Source: the human T2T-CHM13v2.0 reference genome, Homo sapiens
Direction: 5' to 3' (one strand)
DNA: 64,000 nucleotides
NCBI RefSeq assembly: GCF_009914755.1
Contig: NC_060938.1
Made by a program: the position numbers and the translations under genes. This document shows, one piece after another, positions 26,942 to 38,505 of the stretch (its first letter is position 1; each line of letters opens with the position of its first letter). The notes beneath the pieces are model-generated. The model did not search any database. It worked only from the letters and a program-made list of their open reading frames with translations, and was not told the DNA's origin.

Positions 26942-29900
26942 TTGGGGGGGGCTTCCTTTATTTTATTTTATTAAAAAAATTTTAAATAGGTTTTTGGGGA
27001 ACAGGTGCTGTTTGGTTACATGAATAAGTTCTTTAGTGGTGATTTCTGAGATTTTGGTGCACCCATCACCCAAGCAGTGTTCACTGTACCCAATGTGTTG
27101 TCTTTTATCCTTCACCACTCCCACACCTTCCCCCGAGTCCTCAAAGTCCAATGTACCATTCTCATGCCTTTGTGTCTTAGAGTTTAGCTCCCACATATGA
27201 GTGAGAATGTACGATGCTTGGTTTTCCATTCCTGAGCTACTTCATGATATGGTTTGGCTGTGTCCCCATCAAATTCTCATTTTGAATTTCCATGTCTTGT
27301 GGGAGAGACCTGGTGGGAGGTAATTGAATGATGCGGGCAGGGCTTTCCCATGCTGTTCTCATGATAGTAAATAAGTCTCATAAGATCTGATGGTTTTAAA
27401 AGGTGTTCCCCTGCACAAGCTGTCTCATTTTTTGCCTGCCACCATCCATGCAAGATGTGACTTGCTCTTCCTTGCCTTCTGCCATGATTGTGAGACTTCC
27501 CCAGCCAGGTGAAACTGTAAGTCCAATTAAACCTCTTTCTTTTGTAAATTGCCCAGTCTCTGGTATGTCTTTATCAGCAGCATGAAAATGGGCTAACATA
27601 GCATATTGGTACCAGCAGAGTGGAGCATTGAAGAAAAGATGCTTGAAAATGTGGAAGTGACCTTGGAACTGGGTAACAGGTGCAGGCTGGAACAGTTTGG
27701 AGGGCTCAGAAGAAGACAGGAAAATGTGGGAAAGTTTGGAGCTTCCTAGAGACTTGTTAAATGGCTTTGACAAACATGCTGATAGTGATGTGAACAATAT
27801 CATCTTCCAGGATGAGGTGGTCTCAGGTGGAGATAAGAAACTTGCTTGGAACTAGAGCAAAGGTGACTTTGTCATGTTTTAGCAAAGAGACTGTTGGCAT
27901 TTTGCCCCTGCCCTGGAGATTTGTGGAACATTGAACTTGAGAGAGATGATTTACAGTATCTGGCAGAAGAAATTCCTAAGCACCAAAGCATTCAAGAGGT
28001 GACCTGGGTGCTGTTAAAAGCATTCAGTTTTATAAGGGAAGCAGAGCATAAAAGTTTGGAAAATTTGCAGCCTGACAATGCAATAGAAAAGGAAATCCCA
28101 TTTTCTGAGGAGAAATTCAAGCCATAATGAAGATCCAAATGTTAATCCTCAAGACAAATGGGGAAAACGTCTCCAGGTTATGCCAGAGGTCTTCACAGCA
28201 GCCCCTCCCATCACAGGCCTGAAGGCCTCAGAGGAAAACGTGGTTTCATGGGCTGGGCCCAGGGTCCTCATGCTGTGTGCAGCTTAGGAACTTGGTGCTC
28301 TGCATTCTGGCTGCTCCAGCCATGGCTGAAAGGGGCCAACATAGAGCTCAGGCCATGGCTTCAGAGGGTGCAAGCCTCAAGCCTTGGCAGCTTCCACTTG
28401 GTGGTGAGCCTGCAAGTGCACAGAAGTCAAGAATTGAGGTTTGGGAACCTCCACCTAGATTTCAGAAGATGTATGGAAACGCCTGGATGTCCAGGCAGAA
28501 GTTTGCTGCAGGGGCAGGGCTCTCGTGGAGAACTTCTGCTAGGGCAGTGTTGACGGGAAATGTGGGATTGGACCCCCACACAGAGCTTCTACTGGAGCAC
28601 TGCCTAGTGGAGCAGTTAGAAGAGGGCCAACATCCTCCAGACCCCAGAATGGTACATCCACTGACAGTTTACACCACACACTTAGAAAAGCTACAGATAA
28701 TCAATGCCAGCCTATGAAAGCAGCCAGTAGGGAGGCTGTACCCTGCAAAGCCACAGGGGTGGAGCTGCCTAAGACCATGGGAGCCCACCTCTTACATCAG
28801 TGTGACTTGGATGTGAGACATGGAGTCAAGCGAGATCATTTTGGAGCTTTATGATTTGACTGCACCGCTGGATTTTGGACTCGCATGGGGTCTATAGCCC
28901 CTTTGTTTTGGCCAATTTCTCCCATTTGGAATGGCTGTATTTACCCAATGTCTGTACCCTCACTGTATCTAGGAAGTAACAAACCTGCTTTTGATTTTAC
29001 AGGCTCATAGGTGGAAGGGACTTGCCTTGTCTCGGATGAGACTTTAGACTGTGGACTTTTGAGTTAATGCTGAAATAAGTTAAGACTTTGGGGGACTGTT
29101 GGGAAGGTATGATTAGTTTTGAAATGCAAGGAAGTGATATTTGGGAAGGGTCGGGGTGGAAGTATATGGTTTGGCTGTGTCCCCACCCAAATCTCATCTT
29201 GAATTCCTATGTGTTGTGGGAGGGACCCAGTGGGAGGTAATTGAATAATGCGGGCAAGTCTTTCCCATGCTGTTCTCATGATAGTGAATAAGTCTCACAA
29301 GATCTGATGGTTTTAAAAAGAGGCATTCCCCTGCACAAGCTCTCTCTCATTTTTTGCTTGCCACTATCCATGTAAGACATGACTTGCTCTTTCTTGCCTT
29401 ACGCCATGATTGAGAGGCTTTCCCAGCCATATGGAACTATAAGTCCAATTAAACCTCTTTCTTTGTAAATTGCCCAGTCTCGGGTGTGTCTTTATCAGCA
29501 CCGTGAAAACAGATGAATACACTTCACTTAGAATAATAATCTCCATTTCCATCTACGTTGCTGCAAATGCCATTATTTTGTTCTTTTTTATGGCTGGGTT
29601 GTATTCCATGGTATATATATACCACATTTTCTTTATTCTGTCATTGATTGATGGGCATTTGGGCTGGTTCCATATTTTTGCAATTGCAAGTTGTGCTGCT
29701 ATAAACATGCATGTGCAAGTATCTTTTTTGTACAATGACTTCTTTTCCTCTGGGTAAATACCTAGTAGTGGGATTGCTGGATCAAACAGTAGATCTACTT
29801 TTAGTTCTTTAAGGAATCTCCACACTGTTTTTCATAGTGGTTGTACTAGATTACATTCCCATCAACAGTGTAAAAGTGTTCCCTTTTCACTGCATCCAAA

Positions 29901-30756
29901 CCAATGGGTATTTTTTTAAATTTTTTTATTATGACCATTATTGCAGGAGTGAGGTGGTATCACATTGTGGTTTTGATTTGCATTTCCCTGATAAATAATG
30001 AGGTTGAGCATTTCCAGATGCTTGTGGGCCATTGGTATATCTTTTCTGAGAATTGTCTAGTCATGTCCTTAGCTCACTTTTTGATGGGATTGTTTGTTTT
30101 TTCTTGCTGATTTGAGTCATTGAGTTAGATTCTCGATATTAGTCCTTTGTCAGATGTATAGATTGTGAAGATTTTCTCCCACTCTGTGGGTTGTCTGTCA
30201 ACTCTGCTGATTGTTTCTTTTGCTGTGCAGAAGCTTTTTAGTTTAATTAGGTCCCATCTATATATCTTTGTTCTTGTTACATTTGCGTTTGGGTTCTTGG
30301 TCATGAAGTCTTTGCCTAAGCCAGTGTCTAGAAGGGTTTTTCTGATGGTATCTTCTAGAATTTTTATGGTTTTAGGTCTTAGATTTAAGTCCTTGATTCA
30401 TCTTGAGTTGATTTTTGCATAAGGTGAGAGATGAGGATCCAGTTTAATTCTTCTACATGTGGCTAGCCAATTATCCCACAACCATTTATTGAATAGGGTG
30501 TCCCTTCCCCACATTATGTTTTTGTTTGGTTTGTCAAAGATCAGTTGGCTGTAAGAATTTGGCTTCATTTCTGGCTTCTCTATTCTGTTCCATTGGTCTA
30601 GGTGCCTATTTTTATACTAGTACCATGCTGTTTTGGTGACTATGGCATTAGAGCATAGCCTGAAGTTGGGTAATGTGATGCTTCCAGATTTGTTCTTTTT
30701 TGGTTAGTCTTGCTTTGGCAATGTGGGCTCTTTTTTGTTTCCTTATGAATTTTAGG
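26942..30756 (-). mobile_element. 5'-truncated L1 (L1PB/L1MA-like), interrupted by THE1
   Basis: L1 3' end at ~26960 and ORF2 C-terminal peptides ([24 protein letters not shown]). Flanking direct repeat AAATAATT at 26934-26941 and 30757-30764. Confidence 0.88.
27245..29521 (+). mobile_element. Full-length THE1 (THE1B-like) MaLR: LTR ~27245-27600, internal region, LTR ~29162-29521
   Basis: Two LTRs beginning ..ATATGGTTTGGCTGTGTCCCCA with a ~1.56-kb internal region. TSD CTTCA at 27240-27244 and 29522-29526. Confidence 0.95.
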
Positions 30757-32345
30757 AAATAATTCTAAAACCCCAAAGTGACTGAAAATAATTTGACCTT
30801 TCTTAGAGAATTATGGTTGGAAGCTCTTTGCTGAGCCTTGTCACTAGAGGGAGGTAGCACATCCAAAATAATCTATCTTTAGACCTGAAACACAAACCCT
30901 GAAAGATTGCTAACTGACTTGGTTCCTAGTTCTATGTAAAGGAGTTCACATATACAGTCACAAGAGGGAGCTGTTACAGCTGCAAATCCAAGCTCCTTCC
31001 AGGGTGAGCGAGGTTGTCATTGAGTTGTATAAGGAATTTATGTTCATTCTTTTTGCCACCTTGTGCTTTATTATCTCTTTTTGAGTGTGTGCACAGTTTC
31101 AAAGACATGGGTAAGCCCCTTCCCAAATGCAGAGCAGAAGTGACCCTGAATGGGAAAAACAGAGAAGTGATTAATACATAGCTCAATTTTAAATGGTGAA
31201 ATATTTGTTGCTATAATGGACTGACAAGCTTAGTTATTGTAGCAGAGATAATGAGTAATTTTAATTTTATTCCTTCCCATTTCTTTAATAACCACTTTTG
31301 AAAATAACTAGAAAAACCCCTTCATAGTTACTTCTACCTCTCTTATCAAATGGCATCATTTGATTTCCCTCTCCAAACCTCTTCCCATTTCTTCCTTTCT
31401 CCTTCAATGTATGCCACTCCTAGGCATCATGAAGATGAGAAAGCATATGTTAAAGAGGAGTTCAAGTGGCATAGAAATAGAGGTCATTCAAGCCATTGGC
31501 TCCTGTCTCAAAACCAGAGGCACAGGCAATGTCTATCTAGAAGACACTTAGGACATTATTCCAGGAGCCAGTGTGGGAGACCTGAGTACCAGGAAACTTG
31601 GCTTCTAACCTGAGTTCTAAATTTGTTCTTTCCTTTCACACTTAGCACAGCAATATTATACAATTATGAAATTACTTTTGTTATATATGTTGCAAATACC
31701 TTCTTTCATTGTGTCATTTGATTTTCAATTTTGCTTATGGTAATTTTTTTTACCAAAAAGAGGTTTCTAACTGTTGAAATTAAATTATATGCTACTGCTT
31801 CTTCTAAGACTTACTCGCCCTGAAGATGTGGATAGAAATTCCCTTCTTTCCCTTACAGCACAGGGCTCACATAGACTTCTTGGAATAAAGGGCTGTTCTT
31901 ACCAGCTCAATGGGTTGTCAAACTACCAATTAATGGTGGGTTTTGTCCTTACCATAATAAGGGATGGGTAATCCCATTTACTTCTTTAGATGTAGCCTAC
32001 TTGAGTTTCAGCCTTGAAAATGATCTTAATGGAAACTTTCTGAATTAAAGCTAGATTTAAAGAAAATATTCTTCCCCTCTTTTTAAAGTTTTATTTTTTT
32101 AATTAACAAATAATAATCGTATTTTATCTTCTTTTAAAATGTATGTTTAAACCTGGGGGTGGGCTAGACCTAACCAGGAAGCTGCTCTATCTTTAGCTGA
32201 CGATTTCTGGGGAGCACTCAAATTGAAACCTGCCTGATGTGGGATGTGCTGTGGCTGCTGCTTTGTTGCTTGGGACCTCCTCTGACCTAGGATCAGACAC
32301 AGAGTCTGAGTTCTGGGGCCTGGAACCTCAATGTGCACTTGAACA

Positions 32346-33131
32346 ATGAAGTTGGTGACAAGCATTACTGTACTCCTATCTTTGGGTAAGTGTTCTGGGC
32401 CTAAGAAAGCATAGTTTTGTGGCTAATGACAAAAGAGAGTTATCTGCTGTCTCCATGTTTTCTACCATGATTTACCAATTGCGGGAAAAAATTTGTTTCT
32501 ATGTGTTTCTTAAGGGTGTCTGAGCGTCAGTGTGAGGGGTTGGTCATATCCACTACTCAGAGAAGATTCTCCAGGTCTCACAGCTCTCAAGCTGTAAGGA
32601 GTTTTAGGTTCATTGAGCTCAAGGGTCATGGAAGATGGGAAATTTATTTTTGGCCTTGTGGCTCTGCATAGCTCAGGAACAAATAAATACCAGTAATATT
32701 TATCTTGTCCTGTGCAACACACATAAAAACACTCAAATATGGAGTAGGGCAGGGAGGACAGTTCTGGAGCAGTGGTGAACCTGACCTTCAGATGCACCAA
32801 GAGCTGATGATCCAGAGCTAATCTGCTGTTTTTCAACCCCATAGGTATTATGGGTGATGCTAAGACCACACAGCCAAATTCAATGGAGAGTAACGAAGAA
32901 GAGCCTGTTCACTTGCCTTGTAACCACTCCACAATCAGTGGAACTGATTACATACATTGGTATCGACAGCTTCCCTCCCAGGGTCCAGAGTACGTGATTC
33001 ATGGTCTTACAAGCAATGTGAACAACAGAATGGCCTCTCTGGCAATCGCTGAAGACAGAAAGTCCAGTACCTTGATCCTGCACCGTGCTACCTTGAGAGA
33101 TGCTGCTGTGTACTACTGCATCCTGAGAGAC
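32346..33131 (+). CDS. TRAV26-2: T-cell receptor alpha variable 26-2 (germline; leader 32346-32385, V exon 32845-33131)
   Basis: MKLVTSITVLLSL+G|gtaag ... atag|GIMGDAKTTQPNSMESNEEEPVHLPCNHSTISGTDYIHWYRQ...DAAVYYCILRD. Open frame followed by an RSS. Confidence 0.97.
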
Positions 33132-33169
33132 CACAGTGGGACAGATGGGGCTGCAGCTGTGCAATATCT
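33132..33169 (+). other. V-RSS of TRAV26-2
   Basis: CACAGTG + 22 nt + GCAATATCT (non-consensus nonamer). Confidence 0.8.
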
Positions 33170-34462
33170 CCCTGGTGATGAAAGGGAAGGCATCTAACGA
33201 GGCCACTGCACAAGAAGGAGCAGAAGTTTAATAGAGGAAGAAGAAAATTTAAAGAAGAAAAGGGAAAAGAAGTAAAGAGGAGGTGGTAAGGAAATCAATG
33301 AGAGGATGAGAGGATTAAAGGAATGAAGAAACTGAGAAAGAATAGCTAAGAAGTCCTGAAGAAAGGACTGAGAAGCTTGGCGAAGAGATGAAGAATCACA
33401 ATTGGAATTCTGCAGTCAGGAAGAAAGGAAATAAGAATTTTCCCGGACGCTTTCTTTTAATCAACTCTTGCTTTCCATGTAGACCTCACTATAAAAGATG
33501 AGAACCATCATCTGGTAGTCCCAAAGCATTTCTTCATCTAGCCCCAGGCAAGTGCCTGGGCTTTGAATATTATATCACATTAGTCCTTCCAACCTCTCAA
33601 TAATTGAAATGAATTTCAGAAATTGATTCATTTGCCCTTACGAAAAATTTGAAATTTTATTTGTTACTCATCCATAGCACATACTCTTGGGATATAGATG
33701 ATTTCTGGAAGGGAGCAAGAAAGTGGTGGATATGTGAATATTGATTTCATTTTTTAAATCTATGTTGAAATATCTCTATTATTAAACAAAAATACACAAA
33801 TCTTTTTTCATTGTAAAAGATTCAAACTATTAAGTATGCGAAGTAAAACCTTAGAGGCCCAAACTGACTGTCTCCATCTCCATCCCATTTTCTCTTCAAT
33901 TCCTACAATAACCCATTTTGACAGTTTGGAGAGTGCCCTGATGATCATACTCCTTTTCATTTATGTGGATACTCACATAAATATCTACCCAATTTTATTA
34001 CATAAGTTGGAACATACCATGTGTATTTGTCTGCAACTTGCTTTTATTTTTATTTAAAAATAGTTTTTTGAGGTGTGTTCATACCGAGATACATGTGTAT
34101 GCATGTGTGTATAAACTGGCCTTATTCTTTTCAATATCTACAAATGTTCACAGTATGGTTGTATAATAATTTTACTTACCTCACCTATATCATCTCTACA
34201 TATATAAATATATATGACATATGTGTATGTGTGTGTGTATGTGTGTGTGTGTACATATTCCTTATAGATTCCGAAGTGGAATTACTGGATCAAAAGATAT
34301 GCCTATTTTATATTTTTATAGATATTGAAAAGTTGCATTCCAAAATGGCTTTAACAGTCTAACCCAAGATCAGGAACATGGCAAAAATGTCTACTCTCAC
34401 CGTTTCTATTCAACATTATCCTAGAGAATCTAACCAATGCAATAAAACAAAAAGAAAAAGGA

Positions 34463-35013
34463 AACCAGGCTTTACCTATTACAGATTTGTGAATTTTTCT
34501 TTTTTGGAGGATGGAGAATGAGGGTTGGTGTGCTATTTGAATTTTTCCCACAGATCTAATCTGGCATTTGCCTTTACTTTGGATACTTCTGTTCAATTTG
34601 TTTTCAAAAAATTGGAAGCTTTTTTGGAATAATTTCAAGAGTCGTTCCACATAACTTCTCCTAATAATGTTATGAGTAAATAGTAATTAATATATTCACC
34701 CAACAAATTAAATCTTTAATCTGTGCCAAATCCTATGCTGTACAATGAATGACATGGGCTTTGGGAACTGCCTTCAAACATGGGAAGAACAAGATACCAC
34801 GGAAAACAAAAGGAATATAATAATTGAGAAAACAACACAGAAATAATTATAAAAGCTCCGAAGTGACTGAAAATAATTCTGTCTTTCTTAGGGAATTGTG
34901 GTAGCAAGCTCTTTGCTAAGCCTTGTTCCTAGAGGGAGGTAGCACATCCAAAATAATCTATCTTTAGACCTGAAACACAAAACCCTGAAAGATCGCTAAC
35001 TTGACTTTATGGT
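34463..35013 (+). repeat. Dispersed copy of 26550-26941 + 30757-30923
   Basis: Colinear alignment readable by eye over ~540 bp, flanked by the direct repeat AAAGGAAACCA. Confidence 0.92.
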
Positions 35014-35386
35014 AAAGGAAACCATATTTAAATTTTTAAAACGTAACTATCATTTTGCAAACAATAGAATTGTCTGTGTAGCAAATCCTATAGACAAAAA
35101 AACTACTGTAACCAATAAATGAGTTAGATAAAATTGCAAGATACAAGCTCAATATACAAAATAATGCTGCTTCCATACAGTAACACTAAACAAGCAGAAT
35201 TGAAATTTATATAGATATGCATATGTATATTTATGCATTTATATATTTATGCATACATATGCATAAAAAACTTTTAACAAAATTTTAGCAGACTGAATCT
35301 AACAATATATAAAAAGGATAATACATAATAATGAAGTGGGGTTCGTCTCAAGAATGCAATTTATATGTATATGAATTTCAATTCTG

Positions 35387-35684
35387 GGCCAGGCACAGGG
35401 GCTCATGCCTGTAATCTTGGCACTTTGGGAGGCTGAGGCAGGCAGATAGCTTGAGGCCAGGAATTCAAGACTAGCATGGCCAACATGGCAAAACCCTGTC
35501 TCGACTAAAAATGAAAAATTAGCCAGGTGTGGTGGCACACACCTGTAATCCCAGCTACTCAGGAGGCTGAGGCACGAGAATCACTGGAACCTGGGGGGCA
35601 GAGGTTGCAGTAAGCCAAGATTACACCACTGCATTCCAGCCTGGGCAACAGAGTGAGACTCTGTCTCAAATAAATAAATAAATA
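35387..35684 (+). mobile_element. Alu
   Basis: (TAAA)n tail. TSD AATTTCAATTCTG(G) at ~35374 and ~35685. Confidence 0.94.
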
Positions 35685-36156
35685 AATTTCAATTCTGGCG
35701 TGTGTGTGTGTGTGTGTGTATGAATACACTTGACAGAAGTTGTCTAAGGCCTGTACACTAAAAGATATAAAAAAATTCTGAGATACATTTAAGATCTAAA
35801 TAAATGGAAAGAGTTATTGTGTTTGCAGATTAGAAGACTCATTAAAATTCTCTCCAAATTGACCTACAGATTCAATGTCATTCAAATCAAAATCCCAACA
35901 GAAATTTTCATAGAAATTGACAAGTGGGTCTAAGATTTATATGAAAATGCCAAGGGACTACAACAAAAAAATTCTTTTTAAAAAACACAAATTGAGGAAC
36001 TTACACTACTGATATGAATACTTTTATAGTTACAATAATCAAGAGACTATGATATTGATATAAAGATAGACAAGTAGAACATTGGAACACAATAAAGGAT
36101 CCAATAATAGGCCAGCATGTACATAGTTGATTTTCAACAAAAATACCACAACAATT

Positions 36157-36520
36157 TGTTATGAACTGAATATTTGTGATCTCCCCTGCAAATTCATGTG
36201 TTGAAATCCTAACCCCCAGTGTGATGGTATTAGGAAGTAGGTCTTTGAGGAAGTGATTAGGTCATAAAAGTGTAGCCATCTTGAATGGGATTAGTTCCAT
36301 TCAGTGAAACCCTAGAGAACTTTCTTGTTCTTTCTGTCATGTGAGGACACCACAAGAAGACTGCCATCTATGAACCAGGAAGCAGGCCCTCACCAGACAT
36401 GAGATCTTCCAGCCCCTCGATCTTAGACTTCCCAGCCTTCAGAACCATGAGAAATAAATTTCCATTGTTTTAGTCACACAGTCTATGGTATTTTGTTATG
36501 GCAGCCCAAGCTAACAAACA
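36157..36520 (+). mobile_element. MLT1 (MaLR) solo LTR
   Basis: TGTTATGAACTGAAT...GTTATGGCAGCCCAAGCTAACAAACA. Flanks CAATT/CAATC. Confidence 0.82.
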
Positions 36521-37298
36521 CAATCTCAAAATAAATATGCTGAAAGAAACCGGACGACAGAAAGCAGATACGGTATGATTCTGTTTACATAAAACTCTAG
36601 AAAATCTATAGTAAGAGAAGGCAGACTAGAGATTGCCTGGGGTTGAATAGGCATTGGGATGATATATTGGAAAGGTATACAGAAAGGATTAACAAGGAAC
36701 ACAAGGAATAGAGACACAAGGAAACTTTGGGGAGTGGTGCATATGTTCTTTATCTTGATTGTGATGATGATTTCACATTTGTATGACCATGTCAAAAATT
36801 ATCATATTGGACCTTGTAAACATATGTAATTTGTTATATGCAAAGTGTACCTCAGAAAAGTAGTTTTTAAGAAGGCTCAAAACAAAAGTAGACAGAGATA
36901 AATATTGAAAAATAATCACTCTGTACTATAGAGAACAGAATTTTTTACTTTCTCTTAATTATGGAGGGTAAACTTTCTCAAGCATGCAAGGGTAACATAT
37001 GTTATGAGATTATATTTTCTTTATCTCATAAGTGGCATATTTTAATGCAATAAATAGATCTATGTCATATATAAATTAACTCCAGAAAACCTGTCCATTA
37101 TTCAGCATTTCTCAGTCTGGCCAAAGAGTGGCAGTGTTAAAAAAGTATTTGAGTAAGATTGTACAGTGCTGAACAAACAGGAATCCAGGTATGGCTTCTG
37201 ATTGGTGCAATCTCCTGCACCAATGAGCAAAGTAACTTCTGCTGGGGAAGCTCATTCAGTAAAATCTGATTTAACTGTGTTTTCTAAATAGCTAAGGG

Positions 37299-37894
37299 AT
37301 GGAGACTGTTCTGCAAGTACTCCTAGGGATATTGGGGTTCCAAGCAGCCTGTGAGTATGTGGTTAGTCTGGGAGAATTGCGAGATGGTGACAGCATCCTG
37401 AGGGCAAGAGTCGAGTCATCTTCTGTTCTGGGAAGGCCCGTTTGAGAGCCAGATATGTGTTGGGAAAAAAAATGACAATACTTTGTTTTAATGTGACAAT
37501 TCTGCTGCCTAGGGGAAGTGGGGAGGGGGAGAAAAACATCATCCCTACCATGACCATGAAAATCTTATGAGGGTCTTCTGTATTTTCTTTACATTGTCTT
37601 TTTGAACAGGGGTCAGTAGCCAAGAACTGGAGCAGAGTCCTCAGTCCTTGATCGTCCAAGAGGGAAAGAATCTCACCATAAACTGCACGTCATCAAAGAC
37701 GTTATATGGCTTATACTGGTATAAGCAAAAGTATGGTGAAGGTCTTATCTTCTTGATGATGCTACAGAAAGGTGGGGAAGAGAAAAGTCATGAAAAGATA
37801 ACTGCCAAGTTGGATGAGAAAAAGCAGCAAAGTTCCCTGCATATCACAGCCTCCCAGCCCAGCCATGCAGGCATCTACCTCTGTGGAGCAGACA
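37299..37894 (+). CDS. TRAV34: T-cell receptor alpha variable 34 (leader 37299-37350, V exon 37610-37894)
   Basis: METVLQVLLGILGFQAA+T|gtgag ... aacag|WVSSQELEQSPQSLIVQEGKNLTINC..WYKQ..AGIYLCGAD. Open frame. Confidence 0.96.
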
Positions 37895-37933
37895 CACAGC
37901 GATCTTCAGGCCTCTATCAGCTGTCTCCAAACC
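37895..37933 (+). other. V-RSS of TRAV34
   Basis: CACAGCG + 23 nt + CTCCAAACC. Confidence 0.8.
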
Positions 37934-38404
37934 TGCAGCTGGGCCACATATGCTCTTCTGACATGGGGCTCCTGAGATGTGGCTGGGACCTTTGCCAAGA
38001 CATGAAGTCTCAGAACGTTGCAATTGTCTTATTGGAAAAATGGGGAGGAGAGTAGGAATGATACAAGGGGGAGCTATATCACTAATCCCAAATTTAATTT
38101 GACTTTATTGTCTGGTAGTTATGTTACTTTTTAGTAGATGGAACATCAAATTCGAATGAGAATAGCATGAATTTCAGTGATTTATGCAAGAACTATGCAC
38201 GAATATTATGTCCCTGTTGTGCCAAGGAACTTCTTTCCCTTTGCTATTTACCCACCTTGTTAATAAAAAGAAATTGTGCATTGTTTGTCAGATTCTTTGT
38301 CACAGATTAACATTGTACCAAGAGTGTTAGAATATCCATACTGAGGAGTCATGGGCAATAGTTTTTTCTAAGTTTGTAGTATAGATATAGAAAAAGACAA
38401 ATGT

Positions 38405-38505
38405 TTAGACAGATAAATAGGTGATAGATAGATTATAGGAAGCTAGATTATTAGATAGATGATAGGTAGATAGATAGATAATAGGTAGATTAGATAGAGT
38501 GAGCT
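38405..38505 (+). repeat. Degenerate (GATA/TAGA)n simple repeat
   Basis: Repeated GATA/TAGA units. Confidence 0.8.

Larger units (their letters stand above)
34350..36880 (+). mobile_element. Old L1 ORF2/3' fragments hosting several insertions
   Basis: AAGATCAGGAAC..CTATTCAACATT, and L1 sequence resumes after 35024. Confidence 0.65.

Noticed and set aside
27894-28717. Long overlapping ORFs (131-146 aa), and similar ones at 61793-63117
   Set aside because: They lie in THE1/MST internal regions and are fragments of decayed MaLR sequence, not host genes.
32510-33206. Antisense ORFs over TRAV26-2
   Set aside because: Shadow frames with no splice or start context and no recognisable domain.
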